Source of the DNA: Alphaproteobacteria bacterium
GTDB lineage: Bacteria > Pseudomonadota > Alphaproteobacteria > CALKHQ01
Assembly (NCBI GenBank): GCA_965227515.1
Contig: CBDDFZ010000001.1
Span: 3,488,001-3,552,000, forward strand
Length of the DNA: 64,000 nt
Reading direction: 5' to 3'
Within the stretch, counting starts at the first letter, position 1. Each line of letters starts with the position of its first letter. The notes beneath the pieces are model-generated. The model was not told the DNA's origin and did not search any database. It worked only from the letters and a program-made list of their open reading frames with translations. This document shows positions 49,842-60,078 of this stretch, one piece after another. Position numbers and translations under genes: made by a program.

Positions 49842-50620
49842 ACGCGCCCGACAACCCGCTGCTGCGTGCCGACAATGTCGCCCACTACTACGGGCACCGG
49901 GTCGGTTGCCGCGACGTCAGCTTCGACCTCTATCCCCGCGAAATCATTGGCGTTGTCGGTGAATCGGGATCCGGCAAGTCGACCCTGCTGAAGGTGCTGT
50001 CCGGGCAGATGCCGGCGAGCGAGGGCAGCGTGGTCTATCGCGACCGCACCGGCGCCGATGTCGACGTGCACGCGACCAGCGAGGCGACGCGCCGCATGCT
50101 GATGCGCACCGACTGGGCGTTCGTGCACCAGCACGCCCGCGACGGACTGCGCATGAACGTGTCGGCCGGCGCCAATGTCGGCGAGCGGCTGATGGCCATC
50201 GGGCAGCGGCACTACGGCGACATCCGCCATAGCGCCGAGGATTGGCTGGACCGGGTGGAGGTGGCGACCGACCGCATCGACGACCTGCCGGCCACCTTTT
50301 CCGGCGGCATGCAACAGCGGCTGCAGATCGCACGCAACCTGGTGACCCAGCCGCGGATCGTGTTCATGGACGAGCCGACCAGCGGCCTCGACGTCTCGGT
50401 GCAGGCCCGCCTGCTCGACCTGATCCGCGGGCTGGTGGCCGATCTGGAGCTCTCCGCGATCATCGTTACCCACGATCTGGCGGTCGCGCGCCTGCTGGCC
50501 CACCGCCTGATGGTGATGAAGGACGGCGCCGTCGTCGAGGCCGGGCTGACCGACCAGGTGCTCGACGACCCACAGCATCCATATTCGCAGCTCCTCGTCG
50601 CCTCCATCCTGCCAACTTGA
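49838..50620 (+). CDS. phnK: C-P lyase ABC-ATPase PhnK
   Basis: GESGSGKST, FSGGMQQRLQIARNL, DQVLDDPQHPY; GTG overlaps the phnJ stop. Confidence 0.95.
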   Translation: MNAPDNPLLRADNVAHYYGHRVGCRDVSFDLYPREIIGVVGESGSGKSTLLKVLSGQMPASEGSVVYRDRTGADVDVHATSEATRRMLMRTDWAFVHQHARDGLRMNVSAGANVGERLMAIGQRHYGDIRHSAEDWLDRVEVATDRIDDLPATFSGGMQQRLQIARNLVTQPRIVFMDEPTSGLDVSVQARLLDLIRGLVADLELSAIIVTHDLAVARLLAHRLMVMKDGAVVEAGLTDQVLDDPQHPYSQLLVASILPT

Positions 50621-50637
50621 GAGCCTACCCAGGACCC

Positions 50638-51345
50638 ATGGGCGCAAACACCAAGATCGACCTCCGCGGCGTTTCGAAATCATTCACGCTCCACGTGCAG
50701 GACGGCGTGCAAATTCCTGTTCTGGATCGTTTTTCATTGCGGGTCGATGCCGGCGACTGCGCCGCCCTGGTCGGTCCCTCCGGCGCGGGCAAGAGCACGA
50801 TCCTGCGCATCATCTTCGCCAGCTACCTGACCACCGCCGGCCAGGTGCTGCTGCGCCACGGCAGCGACTGGATCGACATGGCGAGCGCCCACCCGCACGC
50901 GGTGCTGGACGTGCGGCGGCGCACGCTGGGCTATGTCTCGCAGTTCCTGCGCATCGTGCCCCGGGTACCGGCGCTGGACATCGTTGCCGAACCGCTGCGG
51001 ACCCTCGGCACGCCGGCGGACGAGGCGCGCGACCGCGCCGCCATGCTGTTGCGCCGCCTCAATGTGCCGGAAAATCTGTGGCCACTGTCGCCGATGACCT
51101 TTTCCGGCGGCGAGCAGCAGCGCATCAACATCGCGCGGTGCTTCGTGCACCCCTACCCGATCCTGCTGCTGGACGAGCCGACGGCAAGCCTGGATGCCGA
51201 GAACCGTGACGTTGTCGCCGCGCTGATCCGCGAGGCGTGCGCGAACGGGGCCGCCATCCTGGGCATCTTCCATGACCGGGAGGTGCGCCAGGCCATCGGC
51301 GCCAGGGAAGTCGAGGTCGCACCGATCAGGACCCAGGCGGCATGA
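50638..51345 (+). CDS. phnL: C-P lyase ABC-ATPase PhnL
   Basis: KSFTLHVQ, GPSGAGKS, GYVSQFLR, TFSGGEQQRINIAR, GIFHD. Confidence 0.95.
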   Translation: MGANTKIDLRGVSKSFTLHVQDGVQIPVLDRFSLRVDAGDCAALVGPSGAGKSTILRIIFASYLTTAGQVLLRHGSDWIDMASAHPHAVLDVRRRTLGYVSQFLRIVPRVPALDIVAEPLRTLGTPADEARDRAAMLLRRLNVPENLWPLSPMTFSGGEQQRINIARCFVHPYPILLLDEPTASLDAENRDVVAALIREACANGAAILGIFHDREVRQAIGAREVEVAPIRTQAA

Positions 51346-52484
51346 CCGAGACCGTTTTCACCAACGCGCAGGTGGCACTGGCCGACGAGGTTATCGACGG
51401 CACGGTCGTAGTGCGCGATGGCGAGATCGCCGAGGTGGCGGCGGGCCGGTCGGCCATTCCATCCGCCATCGATCTCGGCGGCGACATCCTGATGCCGGGC
51501 ATGGTCGAGCTCCACACCGACAACCTGGAAAAGCACCTGACGCCGCGACCGAAGACCGACTGGCCGGCGACCGCGGCGCTGGTCGCCCACGACAGCCAGC
51601 TCACCGCCGCCGGCATCACCACGGTGTTCGACAGCATCTCGGTCGGCGCGGTGGTGGCGAAGAGCGACCGGCTGACCAAGCTGCAATCCATCGTCGAGGC
51701 GATCGAGACCGGCGTCGCCAACAACCTGTTGCGCGCAGAGCACCATCTGCACTTGAGGTGTGAGGTCGCCTACGCCGAGCTGCCGCAACTACTGGAACCG
51801 CTGATTGCACACCCGTTGGTTGGGCTGGTCTCGATCATGGACCACACCCCGGGGCAGCGGCAATTCGTGTCCGAGGAGGCGTACCGCACTTATTACCAGG
51901 GCAAGTACGGGCTGACCGACGACCAGATGGAGACCTTCATCCGCGACCGCAAGGCGGACCAGCGCGCCTATGGCGAGGCGCATCGGCGCTACGCCGTGGA
52001 GCGCGCCCGCGCACTGGGCCACAGCCTGGCGAGCCACGACGACGCCACGCCCGAACACGTGGCGGAGGCGCTGGCGGACGGCATGTCGTTTGCCGAGTTC
52101 CCCACCACGGTAGAGGCGGCACAGGCGGCCCACGCCGCCGGACTGGCGGTGATGATGGGCGCGCCCAATCTGGTGCGCGGCCGCTCGCACTCCGGCAACG
52201 TCTCCGCCCGCGATCTCGCCGCGCTGGATGCGCTGGACATCGTCTCCAGCGACTACATCCCGAACGCGCTGCTGCACGCCGCCTTCCTGCTGGACGACAC
52301 GCTGCCGAACTTCAACCTGCCCAAGGCGGTGCGCACGGTGACCAAGGCGCCGGCCGACGCCGCCGGGATGCATGACCGGGGCGAGATCGCCGCCGGCAAG
52401 CGCGCCGACCTGATCCGCGTCCACCGCTCGCCGCACCACCCGCTGATCCGCGGGGTCTGGCGTGGTGGTGAGAGGATTGCGTAG
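51342..52484 (+). CDS. phnM: Alpha-D-ribose 1-methylphosphonate 5-triphosphate diphosphatase
   Basis: ELHTDNLE, MDHTPGQRQF, ASHDD, GAPNLVRG.SHSGN, SSDY. Confidence 0.96.
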   Translation: MTETVFTNAQVALADEVIDGTVVVRDGEIAEVAAGRSAIPSAIDLGGDILMPGMVELHTDNLEKHLTPRPKTDWPATAALVAHDSQLTAAGITTVFDSISVGAVVAKSDRLTKLQSIVEAIETGVANNLLRAEHHLHLRCEVAYAELPQLLEPLIAHPLVGLVSIMDHTPGQRQFVSEEAYRTYYQGKYGLTDDQMETFIRDRKADQRAYGEAHRRYAVERARALGHSLASHDDATPEHVAEALADGMSFAEFPTTVEAAQAAHAAGLAVMMGAPNLVRGRSHSGNVSARDLAALDALDIVSSDYIPNALLHAAFLLDDTLPNFNLPKAVRTVTKAPADAAGMHDRGEIAAGKRADLIRVHRSPHHPLIRGVWRGGERIA

Positions 52485-52516
52485 CCCGCGCGTAGCCCCC
52501 AACCGACGAGGCGCCC

Positions 52517-52825
52517 GTGACCACCGAGATTGTGATATCCCAGCGCACCTGGCCGGGCGACGGCGGCACCGAGCGCGCCACCGTCTCAGCCGAAATCGGC
52601 GACGACGGCACAGTGCGGGTGGTCCAGCACGATATGGGGCCGAGCGTGGTGCGGACGTACGGCAAGGAGGATGTCGAGCACATCGTGACGCTCAGCCAGG
52701 AGAGCGCGGGCCTGCTGTTGCTCCGGTTGCTGGCGGATCGCTTCGGTGCGGCCGACCGGCCAAAGCAGGCGTTGCTCGACTTGCTGGCCGCACACGATAT
52801 CGCCCACACGAGCGAGGTCTGGTAG
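52517..52825 (+). CDS. Small hypothetical protein
   Basis: Fills the gap after phnM; GAGG before the GTG; globular composition and host-like codon use. Confidence 0.6.
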   Translation: MTTEIVISQRTWPGDGGTERATVSAEIGDDGTVRVVQHDMGPSVVRTYGKEDVEHIVTLSQESAGLLLLRLLADRFGAADRPKQALLDLLAAHDIAHTSEVW

Positions 52826-52837
52826 CGCCGAGCGCCC

Positions 52838-54001
52838 CTATCGCCGCGCGATGATGTCCGGGCCGATCTCGGCAATCGTACTGACCCCGCACAGGCCCAT
52901 CGCCCTGTCCAGCTCGCGACGGTAGATCTCGAGCACATGGGCGACGCCCGACTCGCCCGCCACAGACAGGCCCCACAGCTGCGGACGGCCGATCAGGCAG
53001 GCGGCAGCACCCAGCGCCAGCGCCCGCAGCATGTCGCCACCGCGCCTGATACCGCCGTCGACCAGAACCGGCATCCGCCCGTCCACCGCATCCATCACCG
53101 CCGGCAGAGCGTCGATGCCCGCCGCCGCGCCATCCAGTTGCCGGCCACCATGGTTGGACACGATGACACCGTCGACACCGTGGTCCAGCGCCTTGGAGGC
53201 CTCGTCGGGGTGCAGCACACCCTTCAGGATGAACGGGCCCTTCCATGCCTTGCGGATCTCGTCGACGTCCTTCCAGCTCATGCCGGGGTCGAGCAGGCTG
53301 CCCATGCGCCCGGCGAGCGTGGCGATATCGGCCGGCTCACCCGGGCGGACGTAGTTGCCGAAAGTGATGCGGCTGAACTCGCGGCGCATGCGCATGAGCC
53401 AGCCGACCTTGCGCGCCATGCCCATGTAGCCGCGCAGGCCGAAGCGCGGCGGGATGGTGAAGCCGTTGCGCAGGTCGCGCTCGCGGTTGCCCAGCAACTG
53501 ATTGTCGATGGTGAGCACCAGCACGTCGTACTTGCTGGCTGCCGCGCGGTCGACCAGCTCGCGGGTGAAGCCCGCGTCGCGATAGACGAACACCTGCATC
53601 CAGCGCGGATGGGTGTCGAGCTTCGCCATGTCCTCCAACGTGCACACCGAGCCGTGGCTGAGGCAGTAGCCGATGCCGGCCGCAGCCGCGGCACGCGCCG
53701 AGGCCAACTCACCGCCGGGCCAGAACAGGCCGGCCAGTCCCGTCGGGCCGATCACCAGCGGCATCGAAAGCTTGTGGCCGAACAGCGTGGTCGACAGGTC
53801 GCGCTCCGCGGCCCCCTGCAACGGCCGGGGCAGCAGGCCGATCTCGCCGAAGCCTGCTTCGTTGCGCCTCAGCGTGCGTTCGTCCTCGGCAGCGCCATCG
53901 GCGAAATCGAATATCGGGCGCGGCAGCGCGCGGCGCGCCAGCAGGCGCATCTCGTGCACGTTGAACGCCTGCCGACGCCAGGCCCCCGCCCGCTCAGTCA
54001 C
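52838..54001 (-). CDS. FMN-dependent alpha-hydroxy acid oxidase/dehydrogenase (lactate/mandelate/glycolate family)
   Basis: RERDLRNGF, LKGV, VSNHGGRQLD, DGGIRRG. TTG start uncertain. Confidence 0.92.
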   Translation of the reverse strand: MTERAGAWRRQAFNVHEMRLLARRALPRPIFDFADGAAEDERTLRRNEAGFGEIGLLPRPLQGAAERDLSTTLFGHKLSMPLVIGPTGLAGLFWPGGELASARAAAAAGIGYCLSHGSVCTLEDMAKLDTHPRWMQVFVYRDAGFTRELVDRAAASKYDVLVLTIDNQLLGNRERDLRNGFTIPPRFGLRGYMGMARKVGWLMRMRREFSRITFGNYVRPGEPADIATLAGRMGSLLDPGMSWKDVDEIRKAWKGPFILKGVLHPDEASKALDHGVDGVIVSNHGGRQLDGAAAGIDALPAVMDAVDGRMPVLVDGGIRRGGDMLRALALGAAACLIGRPQLWGLSVAGESGVAHVLEIYRRELDRAMGLCGVSTIAEIGPDIIARR

Positions 54002-54102
54002 AATTGGCCCTTTCGCTCATCGCGCACCGCCCCATCATCGACGCCCCCCTGCATGCGGCGAGTGTATCGCGCCGCGTCGGATCAGAGGAAGGCCATATGC
54101 CG

Positions 54103-55776
54103 CTAGGCCAGGAGTTCAAAGTAGCGGTCGATGCCAGCCGGGCCGCACCGGCACGATGACGCCAGCACCTCGAAGCGCTCGGCCAATCCGGCCAGCGCGT
54201 GCGCACCAAGGGCGCGGTTCTGTCCGTCATCGCTGGACACGAGCCGGGCCGCCATCCAGGCGGAGACGCAGGCCCAGCCAGCGCGCAGGAAGGCGTCGGC
54301 GGCAAACTCGCCATGGCGGGGAGTATCGCGCATCGCCAGCATGTCGTTCGCGAGCGCCGCGAACCGCTCGACGATGTCGGCGGCCTCGCCGTTGCCTGCC
54401 GTCTCAGAGCGCATGCGGGCGAGCACAATGGCAAGCCCCGTGCCTTCGTCGGCCCAAAGCCGCCGCTTGAGGAAATCGAGCGCCTGCATGCCGGTCGTGC
54501 CCTCGTAGATCGCGAGCACCCGGGCATCGCGGAGATATTGCTCGGCCGGCCACTCGCGCGTGTAGCCGGCACCGCCGAGCACCTGGATCGCGGCGCTAGC
54601 GGTGGCAAAGCCGGCCTCGGCGCCGAAGGTCTTGATCAGCGGCAGCATCCATGTGGCCACGGCGCGATGTTCGTCCCGCTTTGCCGGATCGAGCTCGATC
54701 TCCGCCAAGTCCATCGTGACCGCCAACTCGAAGATCGCCGCCTCCAGGATCGCGACCTCGCAATCCATCGCGATCAATTGCCGGCGGACGTCGGCGTGGT
54801 CGCGGGTCGGCACAGGCGGATCGTCGGGCGCGCCGCCCTGCCGGCGGTCCGCCGCGTAGTCGTGGGCCAGATCCCGCGCCGCGCTCGCGATGCCAAGACC
54901 CTGGCCACCGACCAGCAGGCGCATCGGCGCGATCATCGCGAACAGTTGGGCCAGACCGCGCCCCTCCTCACCGAGTAGCACGGCCTCGGCGCCATCGAAT
55001 TGCAGCGCGCAGGTCGGCGAGCCATGCAGGCCGAGCTTCTCCTCGATCCGGGTCACGGCAACGAAATTGGGCGTGCCATCGCCGCGGCGGCTCGCGACCA
55101 GGAAAAGGCTAAGCCCGCGCGTGCCCGGCGCGTCCGACGTGCGGGCGAGCAGGCAATGGCCGATGCGATCCGCCGTGTCGTGGTCGCCGAACGAGATCCA
55201 GATCTTCTCGCCGGTGACCTGCCAGCCGCCGCCTGCCCGCACGGCACGGGTGCGGGTGCGGCCAACATCCGATCCCGCATCCGGCTCGGAAATGCAGATG
55301 GTCGCGGTCCAGTCGCCGGCGGCAAGCCGCGGAATCCAAGTGGCGGCAATGTCCGGGTCCGCCACCGCGTCGAGCAGACGTACGGCACAGCGGTTGGCGC
55401 CCGCCGCCATCATGATCGCCGGGCAGGCCCGGTCCATCAGCACCTGGCAGGCAGTGTGGAGCGCGATCGGCAGGCCCTGGCCGCCATGGCTATCCGGCAG
55501 GTCCATGGCGATCCAGCCGTCGCCGGCCAATTGCCGCCACGCTGCCTTGAAGGCGCCGGGCGTGACGACGCGGCCGTCCTCGATGCGGCATCCTTCCCGG
55601 TCGGCAACCCGGTTGAGGGGTGCCAGCACGCCCTCGGCGAAGCCCGCCGCCGCGTCAACAATCTGCGAGACGGTCTCACGATCCAACTCCGGATGCAGTG
55701 CGGCGATCCGGTCCCAGCCCGGCGTACTGAGCAGCCGCCTGATGGCGCGCGCGGCGTGGTTGGCGTAGCCGGTCAT
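54103..55776 (-). CDS. Acyl-CoA dehydrogenase
   Basis: ISEPDAGSD, GEKIWIS, EEKLGLHGSPT, GGAGY, IYEGTTG. Confidence 0.92.
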   Translation of the reverse strand: MTGYANHAARAIRRLLSTPGWDRIAALHPELDRETVSQIVDAAAGFAEGVLAPLNRVADREGCRIEDGRVVTPGAFKAAWRQLAGDGWIAMDLPDSHGGQGLPIALHTACQVLMDRACPAIMMAAGANRCAVRLLDAVADPDIAATWIPRLAAGDWTATICISEPDAGSDVGRTRTRAVRAGGGWQVTGEKIWISFGDHDTADRIGHCLLARTSDAPGTRGLSLFLVASRRGDGTPNFVAVTRIEEKLGLHGSPTCALQFDGAEAVLLGEEGRGLAQLFAMIAPMRLLVGGQGLGIASAARDLAHDYAADRRQGGAPDDPPVPTRDHADVRRQLIAMDCEVAILEAAIFELAVTMDLAEIELDPAKRDEHRAVATWMLPLIKTFGAEAGFATASAAIQVLGGAGYTREWPAEQYLRDARVLAIYEGTTGMQALDFLKRRLWADEGTGLAIVLARMRSETAGNGEAADIVERFAALANDMLAMRDTPRHGEFAADAFLRAGWACVSAWMAARLVSSDDGQNRALGAHALAGLAERFEVLASSCRCGPAGIDRYFELLA

Positions 55777-55786
55777 GGCGCGGCGA

Positions 55787-57646
55787 TCAGGCCGCGTCGA
55801 CCGCCGCCGTGGCGCGGATCACACGTGGGTCGTCGTCGCGGTAGAGCGCCTCGACCAGGCCAGCGCGATGGCGCAGCACCGCGCGCTGGTTGACCGATCC
55901 CTTGTCGGTGACCTCGCCCTTGTCGAACGACAGCGGCTCGACCAGCACCATGGCGCGCGCGATGCGGTTCGAGGCACCTGTTGCGGCATCGGCATGGCGC
56001 GCCAGTACCTCGGCAAGGCGGGCGCGCACGATGGGATGGGACAGCACGGCGGCATCATCGACTTCCCTAACATTACCGGCCACAGCACGCAGAGCCGGGA
56101 TCGATGGCACCAGCAGCACGCCCAGTTCCTCCCGCCCCTCGCCGGCAACCACCGCGTCGCGGATCAGCCCGCCGAAGGCGTCGACCAGCTTCGCCCGCAA
56201 CACACCGACCGCAACGAAGGTGCCGTTCAGGATCTTGAAGTTCTCCGCGATCCGGCCGTCGAAGTAGAAGCCCTTGGTTGCGTCCCCCGGCACCGCGAAC
56301 CGCAACGCGTCGCCCAGCTTGTAGAAGCCTTCGTCGTCATAGGCCTTGGCGGTCAGCTCGGGGCTGCGCCAGTACCCCGGCGTGTTCGACGGGCTCTTCA
56401 GCCGCGCCTCCAGCTTGTCCTCGTTGGGCACCAGCTTCAGCGTGATGCCGTGGGCCGGCACGCCGACATTGCCGGGCCGGTCCTGCGGATCGGTGCACAT
56501 CAGCGCGAACGGGCCGGTCTCGGTGGCGCCAAGCCCGGTTGCCAGCAGCACCGGGCAGCCGAGCGTCTGCTCGGACAGCTCGGACAACCGCTCCCAGGTG
56601 TGCTGGGCCATGCCGGCACCGGCGTACATCGCCATCCTGAGCCGGGCGAAGAAGCGCTCGCGCAGCGCGCCGTCCTCCTCCATCGCCGCCACCAGCGCCT
56701 CGTAGCCTGCGGGCACGTTGAAGTACCAGGTCGGCGAGATCTCGCGCAGGTTGCGGATCGTGGTCGCGATCGCCGCCGGGCTCGGCTTGCCTTCGTCGAT
56801 GTAATAGGTGCCCCCGTTGTAGAGCACCATGTTGAACACCTTGTTCCCGCTGGCGGTGTGGTTCCACGGCGCCCAGTCGACCACCACCGGCGGCTCGTCG
56901 CGCAGGAAGGTGTAGCAGCTCGCCACCATCTCCTGGTTGGCGCAGAGCATGCGCTGGGACTGGATCACCGCTTTCGGCGACCCGGTGGTGCCTGATGTGA
57001 ACAGGAACTTGGCGACAGTGTCCGGGCCGACCTTGGCGTGGGCATTGTCGACGTCGGCCGTTGCGGGCGTTGCGGCCAATTCGGCGAAGCCTAGGTGTTG
57101 GCGTCCTTCGACCGGGCTGACGGTCGTCGCCACCGGCACGTCCGGATCGAATACGGCATCAATGGCCTGCTGGAACTTCGCACCGTCATTGGCGAACACC
57201 AGGCCGGGCGTGATCTGGCCGATGATGTCGCGCAGCTTGGCGTGATCGGTGGAGACCAGCGAATAGGCCGGCGACACCGCCGCCGATGGGATGCCGACAT
57301 GCTGCGCCGCCACCGCGACCAGCGCATGCTCGATGTCGTTCTCCGACAGGATCAGCACCGGCCGCTCGGTGGAGAGCCCGAGGTCGAGCAGCGCCTGGGC
57401 AATGTTTCGGATCGTCGCCAGCGCATCCCCGTAGGAGACCGTGCGCCAGCCGCCCTCTGCCGTGCGCTGGGCGAGCCAAGTTCGGTCTGGCGCGACGGCG
57501 GCCCAATGGACCAGCCGCTCGGTGATCTTGTCCGGATACGGGCCAAGGGGGTCCGCCTGCCAGACTAGCACGGACCCATCGGCCCGCGTTTCCGACAACA
57601 CGTGCGGGGTCCAGAAGTCTGAGTTGTGCCGCCCTGTCTGCGCCAT
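55787..57646 (-). CDS. fcs: Feruloyl-CoA synthetase-like acyl-CoA ligase
   Basis: FLFTSGTTGSPK, DWAPWNHT, GLGATET, FDGRIAENFK, EVTDKGSVNQR. Confidence 0.88.
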   Translation of the reverse strand: MAQTGRHNSDFWTPHVLSETRADGSVLVWQADPLGPYPDKITERLVHWAAVAPDRTWLAQRTAEGGWRTVSYGDALATIRNIAQALLDLGLSTERPVLILSENDIEHALVAVAAQHVGIPSAAVSPAYSLVSTDHAKLRDIIGQITPGLVFANDGAKFQQAIDAVFDPDVPVATTVSPVEGRQHLGFAELAATPATADVDNAHAKVGPDTVAKFLFTSGTTGSPKAVIQSQRMLCANQEMVASCYTFLRDEPPVVVDWAPWNHTASGNKVFNMVLYNGGTYYIDEGKPSPAAIATTIRNLREISPTWYFNVPAGYEALVAAMEEDGALRERFFARLRMAMYAGAGMAQHTWERLSELSEQTLGCPVLLATGLGATETGPFALMCTDPQDRPGNVGVPAHGITLKLVPNEDKLEARLKSPSNTPGYWRSPELTAKAYDDEGFYKLGDALRFAVPGDATKGFYFDGRIAENFKILNGTFVAVGVLRAKLVDAFGGLIRDAVVAGEGREELGVLLVPSIPALRAVAGNVREVDDAAVLSHPIVRARLAEVLARHADAATGASNRIARAMVLVEPLSFDKGEVTDKGSVNQRAVLRHRAGLVEALYRDDDPRVIRATAAVDAA

Positions 57647-57745
57647 GCCGCAGCCTCCCCGTAGACTATTCGTTGGGTACCCTTTCTTGTCGAGCCCGAT
57701 GGTTGGATCGGGCTCGCGCGCGGGCTTGACGTGCCATGTGCAGGC

Positions 57746-57777
57746 TGTTTTCATGGAAACATTATCCTTGGAAACTA
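57746..57777. promoter_or_regulatory. Candidate MarR operator in the divergent gap
   Basis: Near-palindrome TGTTTTCATGGAAACA followed by the related TTATCCTTGGAAACTA; AT-rich island. Confidence 0.5.
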
Positions 57778-57791
57778 GTCAAGGCACCCCG

Positions 57792-58643
57792 ATGGCGCCA
57801 GGGTCGACCAACACGCAGGCAAGCCGGGACGTGCAGAACGACGCGGCGGACATGCCGTCCGACGACGCCATGGTCAGCTTCGAGATCAGGGACGATATCG
57901 CCCTGGTCGGCCTGAACCGTCCCGACAAGCGCAACGCCATCAACGACCGGGTGATCGAGGCGTTGGCCGCCGCCGTGCTGCGTGCCGAGGACGAGGCGAA
58001 GGCCGCCGTGCTGTTTGGCCATGGCGGCAATTTCTGCGCCGGGCTCGATCTCGCAGAGCACGTCACCAAGTCGCAGATGGATTCGGTGCGAGGCTCGCGG
58101 CGCTGGCATGCGGTGTTCGCCACCATCGAGCACGGCACCATCCCATGGGTCTGCGCCCTGCATGGCGCGACCGTCGGCGGTGGGGTGGAGCTTGCGTCAT
58201 CCACCCACATCCGGGTTGCGGACCGCTCGGCGTTCTTTGCGCTGCCCGAAGGCCAACGCGGCATCTTCGTCGGCGGTGGCGGCTCGGTGCGCACCGCGCG
58301 CCTGATCGGGGTTGCGCGCATGACCGACATGATGCTGACCACCCGCACCGTCTCGGCCGAGGCAGCCGAGCGTTGGAACCTGGTGCAGTATGTGGTGGAG
58401 GAAGGCGGTGCGCTGGCGAAGGCGACCGAACTGGCCCGCGCTGCCGCGGCGAACTCGCCGCTCTCCAACTATGCCGTCCTGAACGCCCTGCCCCGCATCC
58501 AGGACATGGCGAAGGAGGACGGGCTGTTCGTGGAGTCCTTCGTCTCGGCGTTCACCTCCGGCACGCCCGAGGCCCAGGAACGGCTGCAAGCCTTTCTGGA
58601 GAAGCGTGCCGCCCGGTTGCGCAATCCGGGCGGGGACGGCTGA
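57792..58643 (+). CDS. Enoyl-CoA hydratase/crotonase family protein
   Basis: LNRPDKRNA, FCAGLDL, GGGVEL, LPEGQRGIFVGGG. Start uncertain. Confidence 0.9.
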   Translation: MAPGSTNTQASRDVQNDAADMPSDDAMVSFEIRDDIALVGLNRPDKRNAINDRVIEALAAAVLRAEDEAKAAVLFGHGGNFCAGLDLAEHVTKSQMDSVRGSRRWHAVFATIEHGTIPWVCALHGATVGGGVELASSTHIRVADRSAFFALPEGQRGIFVGGGGSVRTARLIGVARMTDMMLTTRTVSAEAAERWNLVQYVVEEGGALAKATELARAAAANSPLSNYAVLNALPRIQDMAKEDGLFVESFVSAFTSGTPEAQERLQAFLEKRAARLRNPGGDG

Positions 58644-58645
58644 GC

Positions 58646-59164
58646 ATGCACGACCGGGCCGCCGACATCCTGACCGACACATTGCCCGGCCCCGAAGCGG
58701 GTTCAGGGCCACGCGAGCCCGCCCTGGATTACGGGCCGCTCGCCTCGTCGACCGGGTTCCTGATCCGCATCGCCCAGCTCAAGATCTTCGCCGCGTTCTA
58801 CGAGCAGGTCGGCGAACTGGGGCTGAAGCCGGGCGAGTTCTCTGTCCTCTGGCTGATCCTGCGCAATCCCGGCATTCGCCAGGGCGTGCTGGCCCAGCAA
58901 TTGATGATCAAGCCACCTCATATGGCCAAGCTGGTGCGCGCGTTCGAGGATCGCGGGTTCATCGCACGCCGCGTGCCCGACGACGACCGGCGCGCGGTCG
59001 AGCTGAGCCTGACCGAGGCCGGCGCTGCGTTCGTGATGCAGCACAGGGATGCGTTTTTCGCGGTCTCCGAGGCGCCGCTCGCCAGGTTGACGCCCGATGA
59101 GCGCGCGGAGCTCAGGCGCCTGTTCCAGAAGATGCTGGGGCTGGAAGACGGAGCGGCGGCATGA
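58646..59164 (+). CDS. MarR-family transcriptional regulator
   Basis: GFLIR.AQ, NPGIRQ..LA, DDRRAVELSLTEAG. Confidence 0.9.
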   Translation: MHDRAADILTDTLPGPEAGSGPREPALDYGPLASSTGFLIRIAQLKIFAAFYEQVGELGLKPGEFSVLWLILRNPGIRQGVLAQQLMIKPPHMAKLVRAFEDRGFIARRVPDDDRRAVELSLTEAGAAFVMQHRDAFFAVSEAPLARLTPDERAELRRLFQKMLGLEDGAAA

Positions 59165-60054
59165 ACCTCGACGAGCTTGTCGCACTGGATGTCCACACTC
59201 ACGCCGAGGAGCCGTGCTGCACGCCGCGCGATGACGGCTACGACGAGTTCCAGGCCGCGATGGCCAAGTACTTCAAGAACCCGGTGGGCAACGACCACCT
59301 GCCGACGGTGCAGGAGACGGCCGCCTACTACCGCGACCGCAAGATCGGCTGCGTGATCTTCCCGGTCGATGCCGAGCGCGAGACCGGCTTCCGCCGCTAC
59401 GCCAACGAAGAGGTGGCCGAGATCGCCGCCGACAACGCCGACATCATGATCCCGTTCGCCTCCATCGACCCGGCCAAGGGCCGGATGGGCGCGCGCGAGG
59501 CCCGTCGCCTGGTCCGCGACTTCGGCGTGCGCGGGTTCAAGTTCCACCCGACCATGCAGGCGTTCTACCCGAACGACCGCGCGGCCTACGTGCTCTACGA
59601 GGCCATCGCCGAGGAAGGCGCGATCACCCTGTTCCATACCGGGCAGACCGGCGTCGGCGCCGGCATGCGCGGCGGCATGGGCATGCGGCTGAAATACTCC
59701 AATCCGATCTACCTGGACGATGTAGCGGCCGACTTCCCCGACATGCCGATCATCATGGCGCACCCCTCCTTCCCCTGGCAGGAGGAAGCGCTGTCGGTCG
59801 CGACCCACAAGCCGAACGTCTACATCGATATGTCCGGGTGGTCGCCGAAGTACTTCCCGCCGATCCTGGTGCGGTACGCAAACACGCTGCTGAAGCACAA
59901 GATGCTGTTCGGTTCCGACTGGCCGGTCATCACGCCGGACCGCTGGCTGGCCGACTTCGAGACCATCGCGATCCGCGATGAGGTCCGCCCCCTGATTTTG
60001 AAAGAGAACGCCCGGAAGCTCTTCGGCCTCACGGGCGCAACGCAAGACAGATAA
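59161..60054 (+). CDS. Amidohydrolase_2 family protein (4-hydroxyphenyl-beta-ketoacyl-CoA hydrolase, CouO-like)
   Basis: DVHTH, GFKFHP, FHTGQTG, AHPSFPWQ, DMSGWSPKYF, FGSDWP. Confidence 0.85.
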   Translation: MNLDELVALDVHTHAEEPCCTPRDDGYDEFQAAMAKYFKNPVGNDHLPTVQETAAYYRDRKIGCVIFPVDAERETGFRRYANEEVAEIAADNADIMIPFASIDPAKGRMGAREARRLVRDFGVRGFKFHPTMQAFYPNDRAAYVLYEAIAEEGAITLFHTGQTGVGAGMRGGMGMRLKYSNPIYLDDVAADFPDMPIIMAHPSFPWQEEALSVATHKPNVYIDMSGWSPKYFPPILVRYANTLLKHKMLFGSDWPVITPDRWLADFETIAIRDEVRPLILKENARKLFGLTGATQDR

Positions 60055-60078
60055 CGTCGCTCAATGGGAGGAAACAGG

